Of a stretch of 64,000 nucleotides of DNA, positions 41,266-51,647 are shown piece by piece. The stretch's first letter is position 1. Every line of letters starts with the position of its first letter. A model generated the notes under the pieces. It was not told the origin of the DNA. It made no database searches and saw only the letters and a program-made list of their open reading frames with translations. The stretch comes from Dehalococcoidia bacterium (GTDB taxonomy: Bacteria; Chloroflexota; Dehalococcoidia; UBA2979), in the NCBI GenBank assembly GCA_009692765.1, contig SHYQ01000001.1, positions 29,096 to 93,095 on the forward strand, written 5' to 3'. The translations under genes and the position numbers were made by a program.

Positions 41266-42420
41266 TCAGCGCGCCTCCGGGCGTCCGGCGAGGAGCACCT
41301 CGACGGCGACGCGATCCTGCACCTGCACCGTCGGGGTGCTCGGCGGCACGATGTCGAAGTCCTTCCACACGAAGGAGGTCTTCCCGAGCAGGTGAAGCAC
41401 GGTGCCGTCGAGGCGCGCCTCGACATCGAACGCGATCGGGCGCTCAACGCCGTTGATCGCCAGCGTTCCCCGGACCGTCTGCCGTACGGTCTGCCCCGCC
41501 TCGTAGCGATCCGGGAGCGCGGCGAGCGCGGAGACCGTGAGCACCGCCGAGGGCCGCGCGCGGAACATCTGCCGCATGAAGTTGTCGCGTCGGGGTTGAT
41601 CGCTCGTCAGCCGCAGCAGGTCCAGCACCATCCGCGACGGGCGGCCGTCTAGGCGGATGTCGCCGGTGAGCGCCGTGCTGTGCATCACCGCGTCGTTCGG
41701 GAGCGGGAGCCCCGCGAATTGCTCGGTGACGGTGAAGGTCGCCTGCGAGCCCTCGCCCACGACGAACGTGACGTCCTTCACGTCGGACGGCGTCGCGAAC
41801 CACGTGGGCAGCGCATTCGGTCGACTTGCCGGTGCCGTCGAGCCCGTCGAGGCGGCCGCGGCAGCGGTCGCGGAGCCGGTGGCGCCTGTGCTCGCGGCGA
41901 CGGCGGCGCTCGCGCCGGTGAGGGCGGCCACCGCGGGCGCGGCGGGGAGGGAGAGCGATCCGCTCTCGGCGTCACGCTGGCCGACGAGGCCCAGCCCCGC
42001 CGCGACCGCCAGGCCCGCCGCGGCTGCGCTCAGCACCGGCAGCCGTGGGATGCGCTGCTCGTCGAGGAGCCAGACGCCGAGGCCGGTCGTACCCAGCACG
42101 GCCGCTGCGATCGGCAGGCCGAACGACAGCGTCCGCTCGAATATCGATTCGCCCGCGGCAAGCGCCGCGATGGCCGCGACGAAGAGCCCGCCCCACGCGA
42201 CGGCGAACCGCCGCGCGGAGAGCGACCGCCGGAGCACGCCGGCCACGAGGCCCGCGGCGAGCGCGGCGATGGTCACGGTGGCGCTGTTGAAGATGGCGTC
42301 GTCGGGCGAGTGGAGCGGGAGCGACAGCAGCGCGCCGATGAGCGCGGCCACGCCGCCCGCGAGCAGACCGATGAGCATAGAGCCTCCGAGTGACCCGCGG
42401 TGGAGCGGCCCATCTATCAT
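41266..42420 (-). CDS. YceI-family protein with a multi-TM N-terminal domain
   Basis: About five hydrophobic helices, an Ala/Thr/Ser linker, then YceI-like SQATFTVTE, LTSDQPRRD, GTLAINGVERP and WKDFDI. Confidence 0.75.
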   Translation of the reverse strand: MIDGPLHRGSLGGSMLIGLLAGGVAALIGALLSLPLHSPDDAIFNSATVTIAALAAGLVAGVLRRSLSARRFAVAWGGLFVAAIAALAAGESIFERTLSFGLPIAAAVLGTTGLGVWLLDEQRIPRLPVLSAAAAGLAVAAGLGLVGQRDAESGSLSLPAAPAVAALTGASAAVAASTGATGSATAAAAASTGSTAPASRPNALPTWFATPSDVKDVTFVVGEGSQATFTVTEQFAGLPLPNDAVMHSTALTGDIRLDGRPSRMVLDLLRLTSDQPRRDNFMRQMFRARPSAVLTVSALAALPDRYEAGQTVRQTVRGTLAINGVERPIAFDVEARLDGTVLHLLGKTSFVWKDFDIVPPSTPTVQVQDRVAVEVLLAGRPEAR

Positions 42421-42443
42421 CGCAGACCGGCCCGGTAGCGGCG

Positions 42444-43214
42444 CTAGCGGTCTAACTCCAGGATGAGCGGCGCGTGGTCGGAGGGCTTCGGCCCTTTGCG
42501 GAACTCCCGGTCGATGCCGCATGACCGCAGCGCGGCGGCGAGGTCCGGCGAGACGAGCGCGAGGTCGATGCGCAGGCCGCGCCCGCGATGGAAGTCGCCG
42601 CCGCGGTAGTCCCACCACGTGTACTGCGCCCCGTCCGCGTCCACGTGGCGGTAGGCGTCCACCAGGCCGCGGTCGAGAATCGCGCGCAGGCGTCCGCGCT
42701 CCTCGGGCGTGACGTGCGTCGACTGCGCGAACGTCGCCGGGCTGTACACATCGACGTCCGCGGGCGCGATGTTGAAGTCGCCGGCGACGACCAGCGGCTC
42801 TCCCGCGAGCGCGCTGACGCGCTCCGCGATCATCCCCAGGAATTCGAGCTTGGCGGGGAACATCGGATCATCCAGCGTGCGGCCGTTGATCACGTAGACG
42901 CTCGCCACGCGCACCCCGCCCACGGTCGCCTCGATCCATCGCGCCTCGTCGGGCAGCGGCGCGCCGGGGAGTCCGCAGACGACATCGGTGATCGGCGTAC
43001 CCAGCGGCACGAGGATCGCCACACCCGCCCACTGTCCCGCGCTGTGATCGACGGCCGCGTAGCCGGCCTCGAGGAACGCGCCGCGCGGGAAGGCCTCCGC
43101 GGTGGTCTTCGTCTCCTGCAGGCACAGGACGTCGGGATGGTGGACGTGCAGGAACTCCAGCACGCGGGGGATGCGCGCCTTCACGGAGTTCACGTTCCAC
43201 GTGGCGATCTTCAT
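42444..43214 (-). CDS. xth: Exodeoxyribonuclease III
   Basis: IATWNVNS, LQETK, SVYVING, GDFNIAP, YTWWDYR, LRID and PSDHAP. Confidence 0.95.
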   Translation of the reverse strand: MKIATWNVNSVKARIPRVLEFLHVHHPDVLCLQETKTTAEAFPRGAFLEAGYAAVDHSAGQWAGVAILVPLGTPITDVVCGLPGAPLPDEARWIEATVGGVRVASVYVINGRTLDDPMFPAKLEFLGMIAERVSALAGEPLVVAGDFNIAPADVDVYSPATFAQSTHVTPEERGRLRAILDRGLVDAYRHVDADGAQYTWWDYRGGDFHRGRGLRIDLALVSPDLAAALRSCGIDREFRKGPKPSDHAPLILELDR

Positions 43215-43225
43215 CGCCGCATCGC

Positions 43226-43804
43226 CTACCGAGTCGCTTCGCCGCTGCGTCTGCGCGCCGGGGCCCGGGCCCCGGGCGCGGGCCCCGGCGCGATGACCGT
43301 GCCCGCGCTCGCGGTGACGTTGCCCGTGACCGACGGCGGGAACGGCGCGTGGTCGATGACGATGAAAAGCGCCAGCGTGCCCTCGCCGCCCGCGCGCAGA
43401 TCAAGGACGGGCGCGACCGTGAGTGTGCCGTCGCCGTTGTTCAGGATCGACCCGCCCGCGATCACCCCGCCCAGCGGGAGCTCGCCGACGATCATGCCCC
43501 ATTGCCCACGGGTGATACCGGCGCGATCGCCGGGAAGTGGGAGCTCCTCGTGGTTGACCAGCACCCACCAGCGGCCGTCGCCCGGCGCGCCGTCGAGGGC
43601 GCCGTCGAAGCGGCCGATGAAGACCGCCACACCGCAGACGATCTGCGGGCACAACTCCACGCCCGTCACCGCGCCCGCCAGCGTCGTGGCCTCGGTTGCG
43701 CGCACGCTGCCCGGCGCGAGCAGCAGCACCGCGACGATGGCGGGCAGCACCGTCAGGGCGGCCCGACCGACGATACGCGCACAATACGCAATCAGCACAA
43801 TCAT
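43226..43804 (-). CDS. Hypothetical secreted protein
   Basis: Signal-like N-terminus (..LLAPGSVRA), CPQIVC and a beta-rich body. TACACT 6 nt before ATG 43804. Confidence 0.6.
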   Translation of the reverse strand: MIVLIAYCARIVGRAALTVLPAIVAVLLLAPGSVRATEATTLAGAVTGVELCPQIVCGVAVFIGRFDGALDGAPGDGRWWVLVNHEELPLPGDRAGITRGQWGMIVGELPLGGVIAGGSILNNGDGTLTVAPVLDLRAGGEGTLALFIVIDHAPFPPSVTGNVTASAGTVIAPGPAPGARAPARRRSGEATR

Positions 43805-43893
43805 GACGCCAGTGTAGCGAACCGCGTGCTTGCGCTGCGCGGGTGTATCTTTCACCTGTCGCCGCACGCAGGCGACGTGGCGAGGGACGCACG

Positions 43894-44523
43894 ATGTCCG
43901 ACTTCCGCAGGCCGTGCACCCGCATTCCGATCGTGGGCGCTGTCGTGCTCGTGCTTGTTGCGCTGGGTGTCGCCCTCGCGGGCGCGCTCCTCGCTCCGAA
44001 GAGCCAGCCCGCCGCGTCGAGGGCCTCGGGCACCCCGCAAGCGGCGGGGCCGTCGCCGCTCGCCAGCAGACCCGCGGCGTCGAGCGACGATCCGTGGGAC
44101 TCCTGCGCCGCCGCCGGCACGATCGACCGGCCCGACCCGCGCTACCTCGGCGATGGCACGCGCGCGGTGATCCAGGACGCGCTGGCGATCGCGGAGCGAC
44201 GGCCTCAGCGCTTCGCGGACCCGGCCGCGCGGCGCGTGGCGATCCCGTGGCGCTGCATGGACGGCGCGGTATGGGCGTGCGACCAGGGGGCGAATCTCCC
44301 CTGCGGCGCCGCGAACCAGAACCGCGAGCCGACCGCGGCGATGAATACGTACTGCGCGGAGCACCCGGATTGGGGGATTCCCCTGTACGTCAGCGGGCAC
44401 TCGACGATCTTCGCGTGGAGTTGCTACGGCGGGCGAGCGGTCATCGACCGGCAGCAGTTTCAGGTGGATGCGCGCGGCTTCGTCGCCAACTTCTGGTACC
44501 GCCTCGAACGTCCGCGGTCCTAG
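43894..44523 (+). CDS. Hypothetical exported cysteine-rich protein
   Basis: N-terminal TM/signal; CAAAGTID, WRCMDGAVWAC..GANLPC, YC and WSC. Confidence 0.65.
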   Translation: MSDFRRPCTRIPIVGAVVLVLVALGVALAGALLAPKSQPAASRASGTPQAAGPSPLASRPAASSDDPWDSCAAAGTIDRPDPRYLGDGTRAVIQDALAIAERRPQRFADPAARRVAIPWRCMDGAVWACDQGANLPCGAANQNREPTAAMNTYCAEHPDWGIPLYVSGHSTIFAWSCYGGRAVIDRQQFQVDARGFVANFWYRLERPRS

Positions 44524-45005
44524 ATGGCGCCCGGCTTGAAGACCATCACCGCGAGGATCAGCAGCAGGATCGCAAGGTCGATGCGCGACGCGAGCAGCAT
44601 CCGGTCGCCTAGTCCGACCACCTCCGGATGACCGACGCCGGGATGCCGCCGAAGGAGCGCCTGTAGCTGGCGGCCCTTCGGCGCCAGGTAGCCCATCTCG
44701 ATCCCGAGGCTCGCGAATACGCCGAGGAAGCCAGCGCTGATCCACGGCGCGGAAAGGATCCCGCCGATGATCCCCATCCCGATCCCCGCCATGATCGTGA
44801 GGATGGAGGCGGGCATGAAGAACGTCCTGCGGAATCGTTCGGTGCGGACGACCAACGCCGCCATCTCCTCCCACGCCCCGTCGGCGCGCACCTGCTGCGC
44901 CAGGAGCGCGAGGATCAATCCGCCACCCACCCACGCGACCGCGGCGGCGACGTGCACGAACACCAGCACGTGATAGAGGTCAAACAAGCGCACACTTCCG
45001 ATCAC
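44520..45005 (-). CDS. DUF2269-like four-TM membrane protein
   Basis: LVFVHVAAAVAWVGG at the N-terminus and VMVFKP at the C-terminus. Confidence 0.75.
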   Translation of the reverse strand: MIGSVRLFDLYHVLVFVHVAAAVAWVGGGLILALLAQQVRADGAWEEMAALVVRTERFRRTFFMPASILTIMAGIGMGIIGGILSAPWISAGFLGVFASLGIEMGYLAPKGRQLQALLRRHPGVGHPEVVGLGDRMLLASRIDLAILLLILAVMVFKPGAI

Positions 45006-45096
45006 TGGCCCACATCATCAGCCCAGATCATCAGCCGGGGTCTTTGGTACATCTCGCGCACTCTGCGGCGCGTGGGCCGGTCGCGTCAAGACGCCG

Positions 45097-47655
45097 TCAT
45101 GCCTCGATCGCTGCACGCGCGGCGGCCGAGGCGCCAGCCCCGCGCCGGACGAGCGTGTCGCCGGTGGCCGGATCGCGGTCCAGCACGACCAGGTCCTCGA
45201 TCCGCTCGCGCAGCGCGGGGACGTGGCTGACGATCACCACGAGCCGGTCCTCCGATTCCGTGACGAGCCGCTCGATGCCCTCCATCGCGAGGTCGAGGTG
45301 CTCCTCGTCCAGGCTGCCGAAGCCCTCGTCGAGGAAGAACGCGTCGAGCCGTCCGCCCCCCTGCGTCACCATCTCGGCGAGCGCCAGCGCGAGCGACAGC
45401 GACGCGAGGAACGTCTCGCCGCCGGAGAGCGTGCTGCTGCGGCGCGCATGCTCGGCTGCGGTGAGGTCGATCACATCGAACGAGCCGTCGCCCGCGAAGC
45501 GGTAGCGCCCGCGCGACAGCCGCTCGAACCACTCGCTCCCGATCTCCGCGAGCGACGTCCGTTCGTCCTCCAGCAGGTAGTTCAGAAACTTCGAGGGCGT
45601 GAGGTCAGTAGACAGTCGCCGGTACACGGTGCGACGCGCCTCGATCGCCTGCGACTGCTGCTCGGCGTCGGCGGCCTCTGCGATGCGACGCTCGGCCTCT
45701 GCGATCAGCGCATCGAGCACGGCCACCCGCTGCTTCGCCTCACCGACCGCGTCGTCGAACGACGTCGCTTGGGGCACGCCGCCCGACGCCAGCGCCGCGC
45801 CGCGACGCTGCGCCGCGGCCTCCGCAGCGGCCGTCGCGGCCGTCTCCCGTTCCGTGACCGCCGCGCGCTCGGTGCGCCAGCGCTCGCGGACGCCGTCGAG
45901 CAGCGCGCGCACCGCCGCCGGCGAGTCTTCCTCGCGCACCTCCACGCCGAGCGTCCCTGCGACCATCGCGAGCCGCACGCGGAGCGAGGCGAGCGCGGTG
46001 CGGCCGGCGTCGTGCGCGGCAGAGGCCGCCGCTTCGGCGGCGCGTGCGGTCTGCGCGCTCCGCGACGCCGTCTCCAGCGCCGCCTCCGCCACCGCGAGCG
46101 ACGCCCGCAGCGCCGCGAGCCGCTGTGCCGCGTCCCCCTCGCCGAGGAGGGCCCGCACGCCGTCGTCCGCGGCGGCAAGCGCCGCGGTGGCAGCGGCGAG
46201 CGCGGCCTCCGTGGCGGTGAGCGTCGCCGTCGCGGCCTCCAGCTGTTGCGCGACGCCCGTCGCGGTTGCGGAAGCGTGCGCCGCCGCGTCGCGCGCCGCC
46301 TTCGCGGCGGCGTCGGCGGTGTGCAGCGCCGCTTGTGCGGCGGCGCGCTCGCCGTGCGCGCGGTCGAGATCGGGCGAGGCCGCGCCCGCGGGCAGCTTCG
46401 CGATCTTGCGGCCGCACACCGGACACGGGTCTCCCGCCGCGATCCCCTCGCGCAGCGTGATCGCGAAGTCGAGGCGCTCCGCCGCATGCAGCGCCGCGTC
46501 GGCCGTAGCCACGGCCGCCTCGGCCTTCGTGAGCGCGCCCTCGGTGCGCTTCGCGGTCGTGGCGGCGTCCCGCGCCACCGCTTGCGCTGCGGCGGCCTGC
46601 GCGCGCGCGGCGTCGAGGGCGGTGCGCGCGGCATCACGTTGGCGCGCGCGGTCGGCGTGCGTCTCGCGCGCGTGACCCTGCGCCTGCAGCGCGCTCGCGG
46701 CCGCCTCTAGGCGCTCCGGCCCGCCCGCCTCGCGCAGCGCAGTCTCGCGACCCTCGCGGGCATGCGCCTCCGCCGCTTCCGCCTGCTCGCGCGCCTGTCC
46801 CGCCCGTGCTGCGGTCTCGATGAGCGCCGCGAAGCCATCGATCGCGTGGTTGCTCTCCTCGGGGCGCGGCAGGCCGCTCCGCAGCGCGTCGATCTCGACG
46901 GCGCGGCGCTGCGCACTCAGCACCTGCTCGCGCGCCTCGCGTTCCGTGCGCGTGTGCTGCTCGATCGCCGGGCGCAGCGCCTCGAGCGACGCGAGTCGCG
47001 CGGCGTGCGCCTGGTGCTCGGTGCGTCGCTCGAGCACGCTCGTCCGGGCCGCCGCCACCTCGGCGACAAGATGCGCGAGCGTGCTGGTGGCGAGATCTGC
47101 CGCGTGCAGGCGATCGCGCGCCGCTACCTGCATCGCGCCGACGCGGTCGAGGTTGAAGACGCCCTGGAGCACCCGGTCGCGCTCGGTTGGCGTCGCGTTC
47201 AGGAAGTCGGCGAACCGGTTCTGCGCGAGCAGCACCGATCGCCGGAAGGCATCGAAGTCCAGTCCCAGCAACTGCGTGACGCCGTCCGTGACCGCCTTCT
47301 GCCCGCTGACCCCCGCGCCGCGGTCGGGTTCGCGCGTCTGTTCGTCGTACGGGTACAGCGTGTGGTTGGGGGCGCCGATGTTCCGGATCGCGCGCACGAC
47401 CTGCCACGCCTGCCCCTCCACGCGGAAGGTGAGCGCGACCTGAGCGACCGCGCGGCGCTGGTTGATCAGCCCCTTCGTGTCCGCGCCCGACGACGGCGTG
47501 CGTCCGTACAGCGCGAACGCGATCGCATCGAGGATGCTCGACTTGCCGCTGCCGATCGGCCCGACGATCCCGACCAGCCGGCGGTCACGCCAGTCGAAGC
47601 GCGTCTCCTCGGCGAATGAGCGGAAGCCGTTGACGACGAGTTCAAGCGGTCGCAT
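45097..47655 (-). CDS. sbcC: SbcC/Rad50 SMC-family ATPase
   Basis: MRPLEL..GFRSF, Walker A GPIGSGKS, Q-loop LLAQNRF, zinc hook CPVC, signature LSGGE, FLDEGFGSLD and IVSH. Confidence 0.93.
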   Translation of the reverse strand: MRPLELVVNGFRSFAEETRFDWRDRRLVGIVGPIGSGKSSILDAIAFALYGRTPSSGADTKGLINQRRAVAQVALTFRVEGQAWQVVRAIRNIGAPNHTLYPYDEQTREPDRGAGVSGQKAVTDGVTQLLGLDFDAFRRSVLLAQNRFADFLNATPTERDRVLQGVFNLDRVGAMQVAARDRLHAADLATSTLAHLVAEVAAARTSVLERRTEHQAHAARLASLEALRPAIEQHTRTEREAREQVLSAQRRAVEIDALRSGLPRPEESNHAIDGFAALIETAARAGQAREQAEAAEAHAREGRETALREAGGPERLEAAASALQAQGHARETHADRARQRDAARTALDAARAQAAAAQAVARDAATTAKRTEGALTKAEAAVATADAALHAAERLDFAITLREGIAAGDPCPVCGRKIAKLPAGAASPDLDRAHGERAAAQAALHTADAAAKAARDAAAHASATATGVAQQLEAATATLTATEAALAAATAALAAADDGVRALLGEGDAAQRLAALRASLAVAEAALETASRSAQTARAAEAAASAAHDAGRTALASLRVRLAMVAGTLGVEVREEDSPAAVRALLDGVRERWRTERAAVTERETAATAAAEAAAQRRGAALASGGVPQATSFDDAVGEAKQRVAVLDALIAEAERRIAEAADAEQQSQAIEARRTVYRRLSTDLTPSKFLNYLLEDERTSLAEIGSEWFERLSRGRYRFAGDGSFDVIDLTAAEHARRSSTLSGGETFLASLSLALALAEMVTQGGGRLDAFFLDEGFGSLDEEHLDLAMEGIERLVTESEDRLVVIVSHVPALRERIEDLVVLDRDPATGDTLVRRGAGASAAARAAIEA

Positions 47656-48829
47656 CGACGACCTCGTCGTGCAGTTCGGTGAACGCGGTACGCACCGCGT
47701 CCGACGGCGGCTCGCCGTGTTCGCGCTCGTGGTACTCGCCGTAGAGTTCGTCCCACGTCCGGCCGGCGCGGCTCGCGGCACGCGCGGTCGGCCGCGGGTA
47801 CTCCGCGCGCACCCGCACGAGGCGGTCGAAGGTCTCGGTCGCGCGCGCCGCGAGCGCCGGGTCCGGCCCCGTGGTCGTCACCACCAGGTCGAGGTACGCG
47901 CCCGCGAACTCGTCGCGCCGAGCGAGCAGCTCGTCCCACGTCCCCTGCGCGCGCACGAGCGGGAAGCGTCGCGGTGTGTCGAGCGCAATCGACCTGACCG
48001 TGGCAGAGACGCGCGGCGTCGCCTCGATGAGCACGACGCGCTTCTGCTCATCGGCCTCGCCGAAGTCGAGGGGGAGCAGCGAGCCCGCGTACTCCGCGGG
48101 GCCCGGCGCACCCGGCACACGCTGCGGCGCGTGGATGTGGCCCATCGCGATGTACTGCGGGCCGGGCGGCAGCCCCGCGGCGTCGATCGTGTACGTCTCG
48201 CCCATGTGCAGCTCGCGCTCGCCGCGCCCGTATTGTTGGCCGTGCACCACAGCGCCGTTCACCGTGGCGTGGGCCACGAGGACCGTCACCGCCTCGGCGG
48301 CCTCGCGGTCGAGCGCCTCGCCCATCGCGCGGAAGATGCCGCTCAAGCGGTCCTTGTACTCGCCGTACCACTGGCCGGACTCGAGCATGAAGTCCACCAC
48401 GCGCCCCTCGCGCAGGAAGGGGACGCACGCGAGCGCCGCACGCCCGCCGGGCGTGTCGAGGATCAGCAGGCCGCCCCCCTCGCCGCCGCTGCCGGGGCGC
48501 CTGATGTGCCCGACGAGGTGCACCCCCATGGGCTGCACCAGCGGCGCGAGCACCTCGAACAGGTCGCCCGAGTCATGGTTGCCGGCGATCGCGACGACCG
48601 GGCGTCGCCCGCCATCGGCAAGGCGGATCAGCGCCTCGAGGCCGTCGCCGAGCGCGTCGGTGGGCGGCGTCGCGCGGTCCCACAGGTCGCCGGAGACGAC
48701 GACGAGGTCGACCGCGTGCGCCTCCGCGATCCGCTGCACTTCGCGCAGCGCCTCGCGGAACTCCGCGGCGCGGTCGTAGCGTCCGATGTGCTTGCCGATG
48801 TGCCAGTCGGAGGTGTGCAGGATGCGCAT
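47642..48829 (-). CDS. sbcD: SbcD/Mre11 nuclease
   Basis: LHTSDWHIG, SGDLWD, AGNHD, AH, MGHIH and YAGS..DFGE. 14-nt overlap with sbcC. Confidence 0.94.
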   Translation of the reverse strand: MRILHTSDWHIGKHIGRYDRAAEFREALREVQRIAEAHAVDLVVVSGDLWDRATPPTDALGDGLEALIRLADGGRRPVVAIAGNHDSGDLFEVLAPLVQPMGVHLVGHIRRPGSGGEGGGLLILDTPGGRAALACVPFLREGRVVDFMLESGQWYGEYKDRLSGIFRAMGEALDREAAEAVTVLVAHATVNGAVVHGQQYGRGERELHMGETYTIDAAGLPPGPQYIAMGHIHAPQRVPGAPGPAEYAGSLLPLDFGEADEQKRVVLIEATPRVSATVRSIALDTPRRFPLVRAQGTWDELLARRDEFAGAYLDLVVTTTGPDPALAARATETFDRLVRVRAEYPRPTARAASRAGRTWDELYGEYHEREHGEPPSDAVRTAFTELHDEVVDATA

Positions 48830-48852
48830 CGTGGTGCCTCGTGGTCTTCTGC

Positions 48853-50682
48853 CTACAGGCCGCGGAACGGGTCGGCGTCGGCCTCGCGGCGCACCTCGTC
48901 GGGGCGCGTGGCCCAGGGGACGCGCGGGAAGTTGAGGACGATCGGCACCGGCACCGCGGGCTGGCCGAGCACCATCGTGCCGGGCTTCAGCAGCCGCGCG
49001 CGCGCCTTCGTCGAGGGGAGCATCCAGCCGTACTCGGCGCGCTCCGACTCCGCGGCATCGAGGCGGCCGGTGACGCGGATCGATGCGTTCTCGAGCACGT
49101 CCGGCGCGACGCGCGACGCGCTCTGCTGCGCGCCGATCATCAGAACGCCGAGCGATCGCCCGCGCTGTGCGATGTCGACCAGCATCTCCTTCAGCGGGCT
49201 CTGGCCCTCGCGCGGCGCGTACTTGTTCAGCTCGTCCAGCACCATGATCGAGAGCGGAAGGCGCTGGCCGCTCTCCTCCTTGTCGCGGAACGTCTCGCGC
49301 AGCAGCGCACCGACGACGAAGCGCTGCGCGAGGTCGTGCAGGTTCTGGATCGCGACGACGCTGACCGTGGCGGCGAGGCGGTCGATGCGGTGGCTCTCCC
49401 CGTCGCGGACGAGGCGGCCGAGGCGGGAGTCCATCGAGGCGGCGTGGAGGCGGCGCATGAACGCGCTCACCGTGCCGCCCTGCACGCGACCGCTCCACGC
49501 GTAGTCGGGCTCCGCGCCGTCCTCCGGTTCGAGGTGCGTCGCGATCTCATCGGCGAGGTCACGCAGCGTGCGGATCACGCGCTCCGGGCCGCGTGCATGG
49601 ACCGCGCGCTGTCCGCCCTCGCGGTCGTTCTGCTCCCGCAGCACCACCGCGCCCGACGCGCCGAGGACATCGACGGCGAGGCGCTTCAACTGTGCGCGCA
49701 CGCGCTCTTCGACGAAGGAGATCTGGTTGCGCGCGTCCGTCGCGTCCGTGAAGACGAACTCCAACAGGCCCTCGTCGATGAACTCGCGCGGCGTCCAGGT
49801 GAACACGGCGACGCCGTCTGCGCGCCCGCTGACGTCCGGCATCAGCACGTCGCCGGCGTGGGCGCGCAGGGGCGCCCAGTACGCGACCGTGGGCACGCCC
49901 GGCGTCGCGTGCGGCGTCGAGGCGCGCAAGCCGGGCGTCGCAAGCGCGAACGGCGTCGGCTCGACGCCCAGCCGCCGCCACGCCGCCGCGTCGTCGTCGG
50001 TGAACTCCGTACCCGGGCGGTCGAGGTAGAGCAGGTCCTCGCCCTTCACGTTGAAGACGAGCACGCGCGTGTTCGCGGCTGATGGGCCGAGCAGCTCCGG
50101 GTGCCCCGCGAGCAGGCGCACGAAGAAGAACGCGAACGTCGTCTTCGTCGCGACCCCGGAGACGCCGGCGATCGACATGTGTCCGCCCTTTGTCCCGTCG
50201 AAGAAGTCGAGGTCCAGGTACACCGGCTCGCCGTCACGCCCGCGCCCCACCGCCAGCGGGTGGCGCATCTCGTCCGCATACAGCGCGCGGTCCCGGTCGA
50301 CGCCGCGCGCGCGGAAGACCTCCTCGCCGGGGTCGGCGGCGACCCACACCTCGGGGTCGACGCGCGTGACGGCGACCCGCGCGGTGCGCACCTTCGCTGC
50401 GGGCTGGAGGCCGCCGCCCATCGCGTAGTCGCCCGCGATGCGATGCACGTCCGACTCGTACGCCGCGCCCTCGTAGGTCGCCTCGCTTTCCACGACGACG
50501 CCGTAGGTGCACAGCGTGCCGACGCCGGGCACCTCGGTGCGCACGACGACGAGGTCGTCCACCGCGAGGTGCGCCCCCTCGTCGAGCACGGCGCGGAACT
50601 CCTGTGAGGAGGTGTGCCCCACGCCCACGACCCGCCCGACGCGCTCGCTGGTCTGGAGGGCTGGCATCGCTTCGTCGGTCAT
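48853..50682 (-). CDS. herA: HerA-family ATPase/DNA translocase (HAS barrel plus DUF87-type ATPase)
   Basis: N-terminal beta-barrel (VGRVVG..VDDLVVV..YGVV), variant Walker A IAGVSGVATKT, VFNVKGED, Walker B VLDELNKYAP and arginine finger RGRSLG..IGAQQ. ATG overlaps the nurA TGA. Confidence 0.9.
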   Translation of the reverse strand: MTDEAMPALQTSERVGRVVGVGHTSSQEFRAVLDEGAHLAVDDLVVVRTEVPGVGTLCTYGVVVESEATYEGAAYESDVHRIAGDYAMGGGLQPAAKVRTARVAVTRVDPEVWVAADPGEEVFRARGVDRDRALYADEMRHPLAVGRGRDGEPVYLDLDFFDGTKGGHMSIAGVSGVATKTTFAFFFVRLLAGHPELLGPSAANTRVLVFNVKGEDLLYLDRPGTEFTDDDAAAWRRLGVEPTPFALATPGLRASTPHATPGVPTVAYWAPLRAHAGDVLMPDVSGRADGVAVFTWTPREFIDEGLLEFVFTDATDARNQISFVEERVRAQLKRLAVDVLGASGAVVLREQNDREGGQRAVHARGPERVIRTLRDLADEIATHLEPEDGAEPDYAWSGRVQGGTVSAFMRRLHAASMDSRLGRLVRDGESHRIDRLAATVSVVAIQNLHDLAQRFVVGALLRETFRDKEESGQRLPLSIMVLDELNKYAPREGQSPLKEMLVDIAQRGRSLGVLMIGAQQSASRVAPDVLENASIRVTGRLDAAESERAEYGWMLPSTKARARLLKPGTMVLGQPAVPVPIVLNFPRVPWATRPDEVRREADADPFRGL

Positions 50683-51647
50683 CAGGCGGCTCCGGCAGGT
50701 GCGCCGTGGATGGCGGCGCGCAGCGCGCGGCGCACCAGCCCCTCGTCGCCGAGCCAGCGGCGCAGCTCTCTTTCGAGCGCGGCGATCGGCACAAGGTTCT
50801 GTGGCGCGCGCGCATCCAGGTGCAGCGGCATCGCCGCGAGCGGCAGCAGCGCCGCCGTGCGGTCGGCGAGGACGCGCGCGCGCTCGATGCCGATCGCCTC
50901 GGGCGCCTCGACGCGCGCGATGCCCGACCACGAGTGGCCGTAGGGAATCTCCGCGAGGCGGACGTACCACGAGTAGCGCTGGAACTGGTGGCCGGGGATA
51001 AGGAACACCGGCGTCCGCTCGCCCGCCCGCAGCGCACCGATGATCCGCGATTCCGGCGGTCGCAGGTACGACTGGTGGTGGCTCTTGATGTAGCCCACCG
51101 CCTCGTGGGGGCCGATGTCGTCGAGGCGTCCGTCCGCCACCACGAACCAGCCCTCGCGCAGCAGGGCGAGCACCGTCGCCACCTCCGCCTGCCCGCGTCG
51201 CCGGTCGAGGCGCGCGCGCAACTCCGGGATGTCGCGCCCCTCGGCCGCCTCGACGACGTAATCGAGGCCGGGGACGTGCGGCAGGTCCGGGAGCATCGCG
51301 TCGCCGAACACGGCGACACGGCCGACCGTCACATCGCGGAACGTCGAGCGCCCGGCCTCGCGGTCCCACAGCGAAGCGCCGACCGCGTAGGCGGCGCAGA
51401 TGCCGGGCAGCGGGCCGCCGTCATTCTCAGTATCGGGGTCGTCCAGCGTGAGGCGCGCCTCGATGCGCTGCACACCGTCGACGAAGGCGACACGGCGCAC
51501 GCCATCGTCGCGGCCGGGGAGGGGTTCCCACGCGCCGCGCACCTCGACCGCAGTGTCGACGACCACTTCGCCGGGGAGCGTGTCCGGGTCGGACTCGAAG
51601 GGAGCGCCGTACTCGGGGGACCAGTCCTCCACGTACAGTCTCACCAT
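50682..51647 (-). CDS. nurA: NurA-family nuclease (RNase H fold)
   Basis: VAFVDG, VVADG, VGYIKSH, GERTP, YSWYVRL and RAPQNLVPIAALE. Directly upstream of and coupled to herA. Confidence 0.82.
   Translation of the reverse strand: MVRLYVEDWSPEYGAPFESDPDTLPGEVVVDTAVEVRGAWEPLPGRDDGVRRVAFVDGVQRIEARLTLDDPDTENDGGPLPGICAAYAVGASLWDREAGRSTFRDVTVGRVAVFGDAMLPDLPHVPGLDYVVEAAEGRDIPELRARLDRRRGQAEVATVLALLREGWFVVADGRLDDIGPHEAVGYIKSHHQSYLRPPESRIIGALRAGERTPVFLIPGHQFQRYSWYVRLAEIPYGHSWSGIARVEAPEAIGIERARVLADRTAALLPLAAMPLHLDARAPQNLVPIAALERELRRWLGDEGLVRRALRAAIHGAPAGAA

Noticed and set aside
48853..51647. HerA plus nuclease as an anti-phage system (Sir2-HerA or DUF4297-HerA type)
   Set aside because: The partner is NurA-like, the pair is coupled to sbcD/sbcC and carries an SOS box, and there is no defence-island context. 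DNA repair is the simpler reading.
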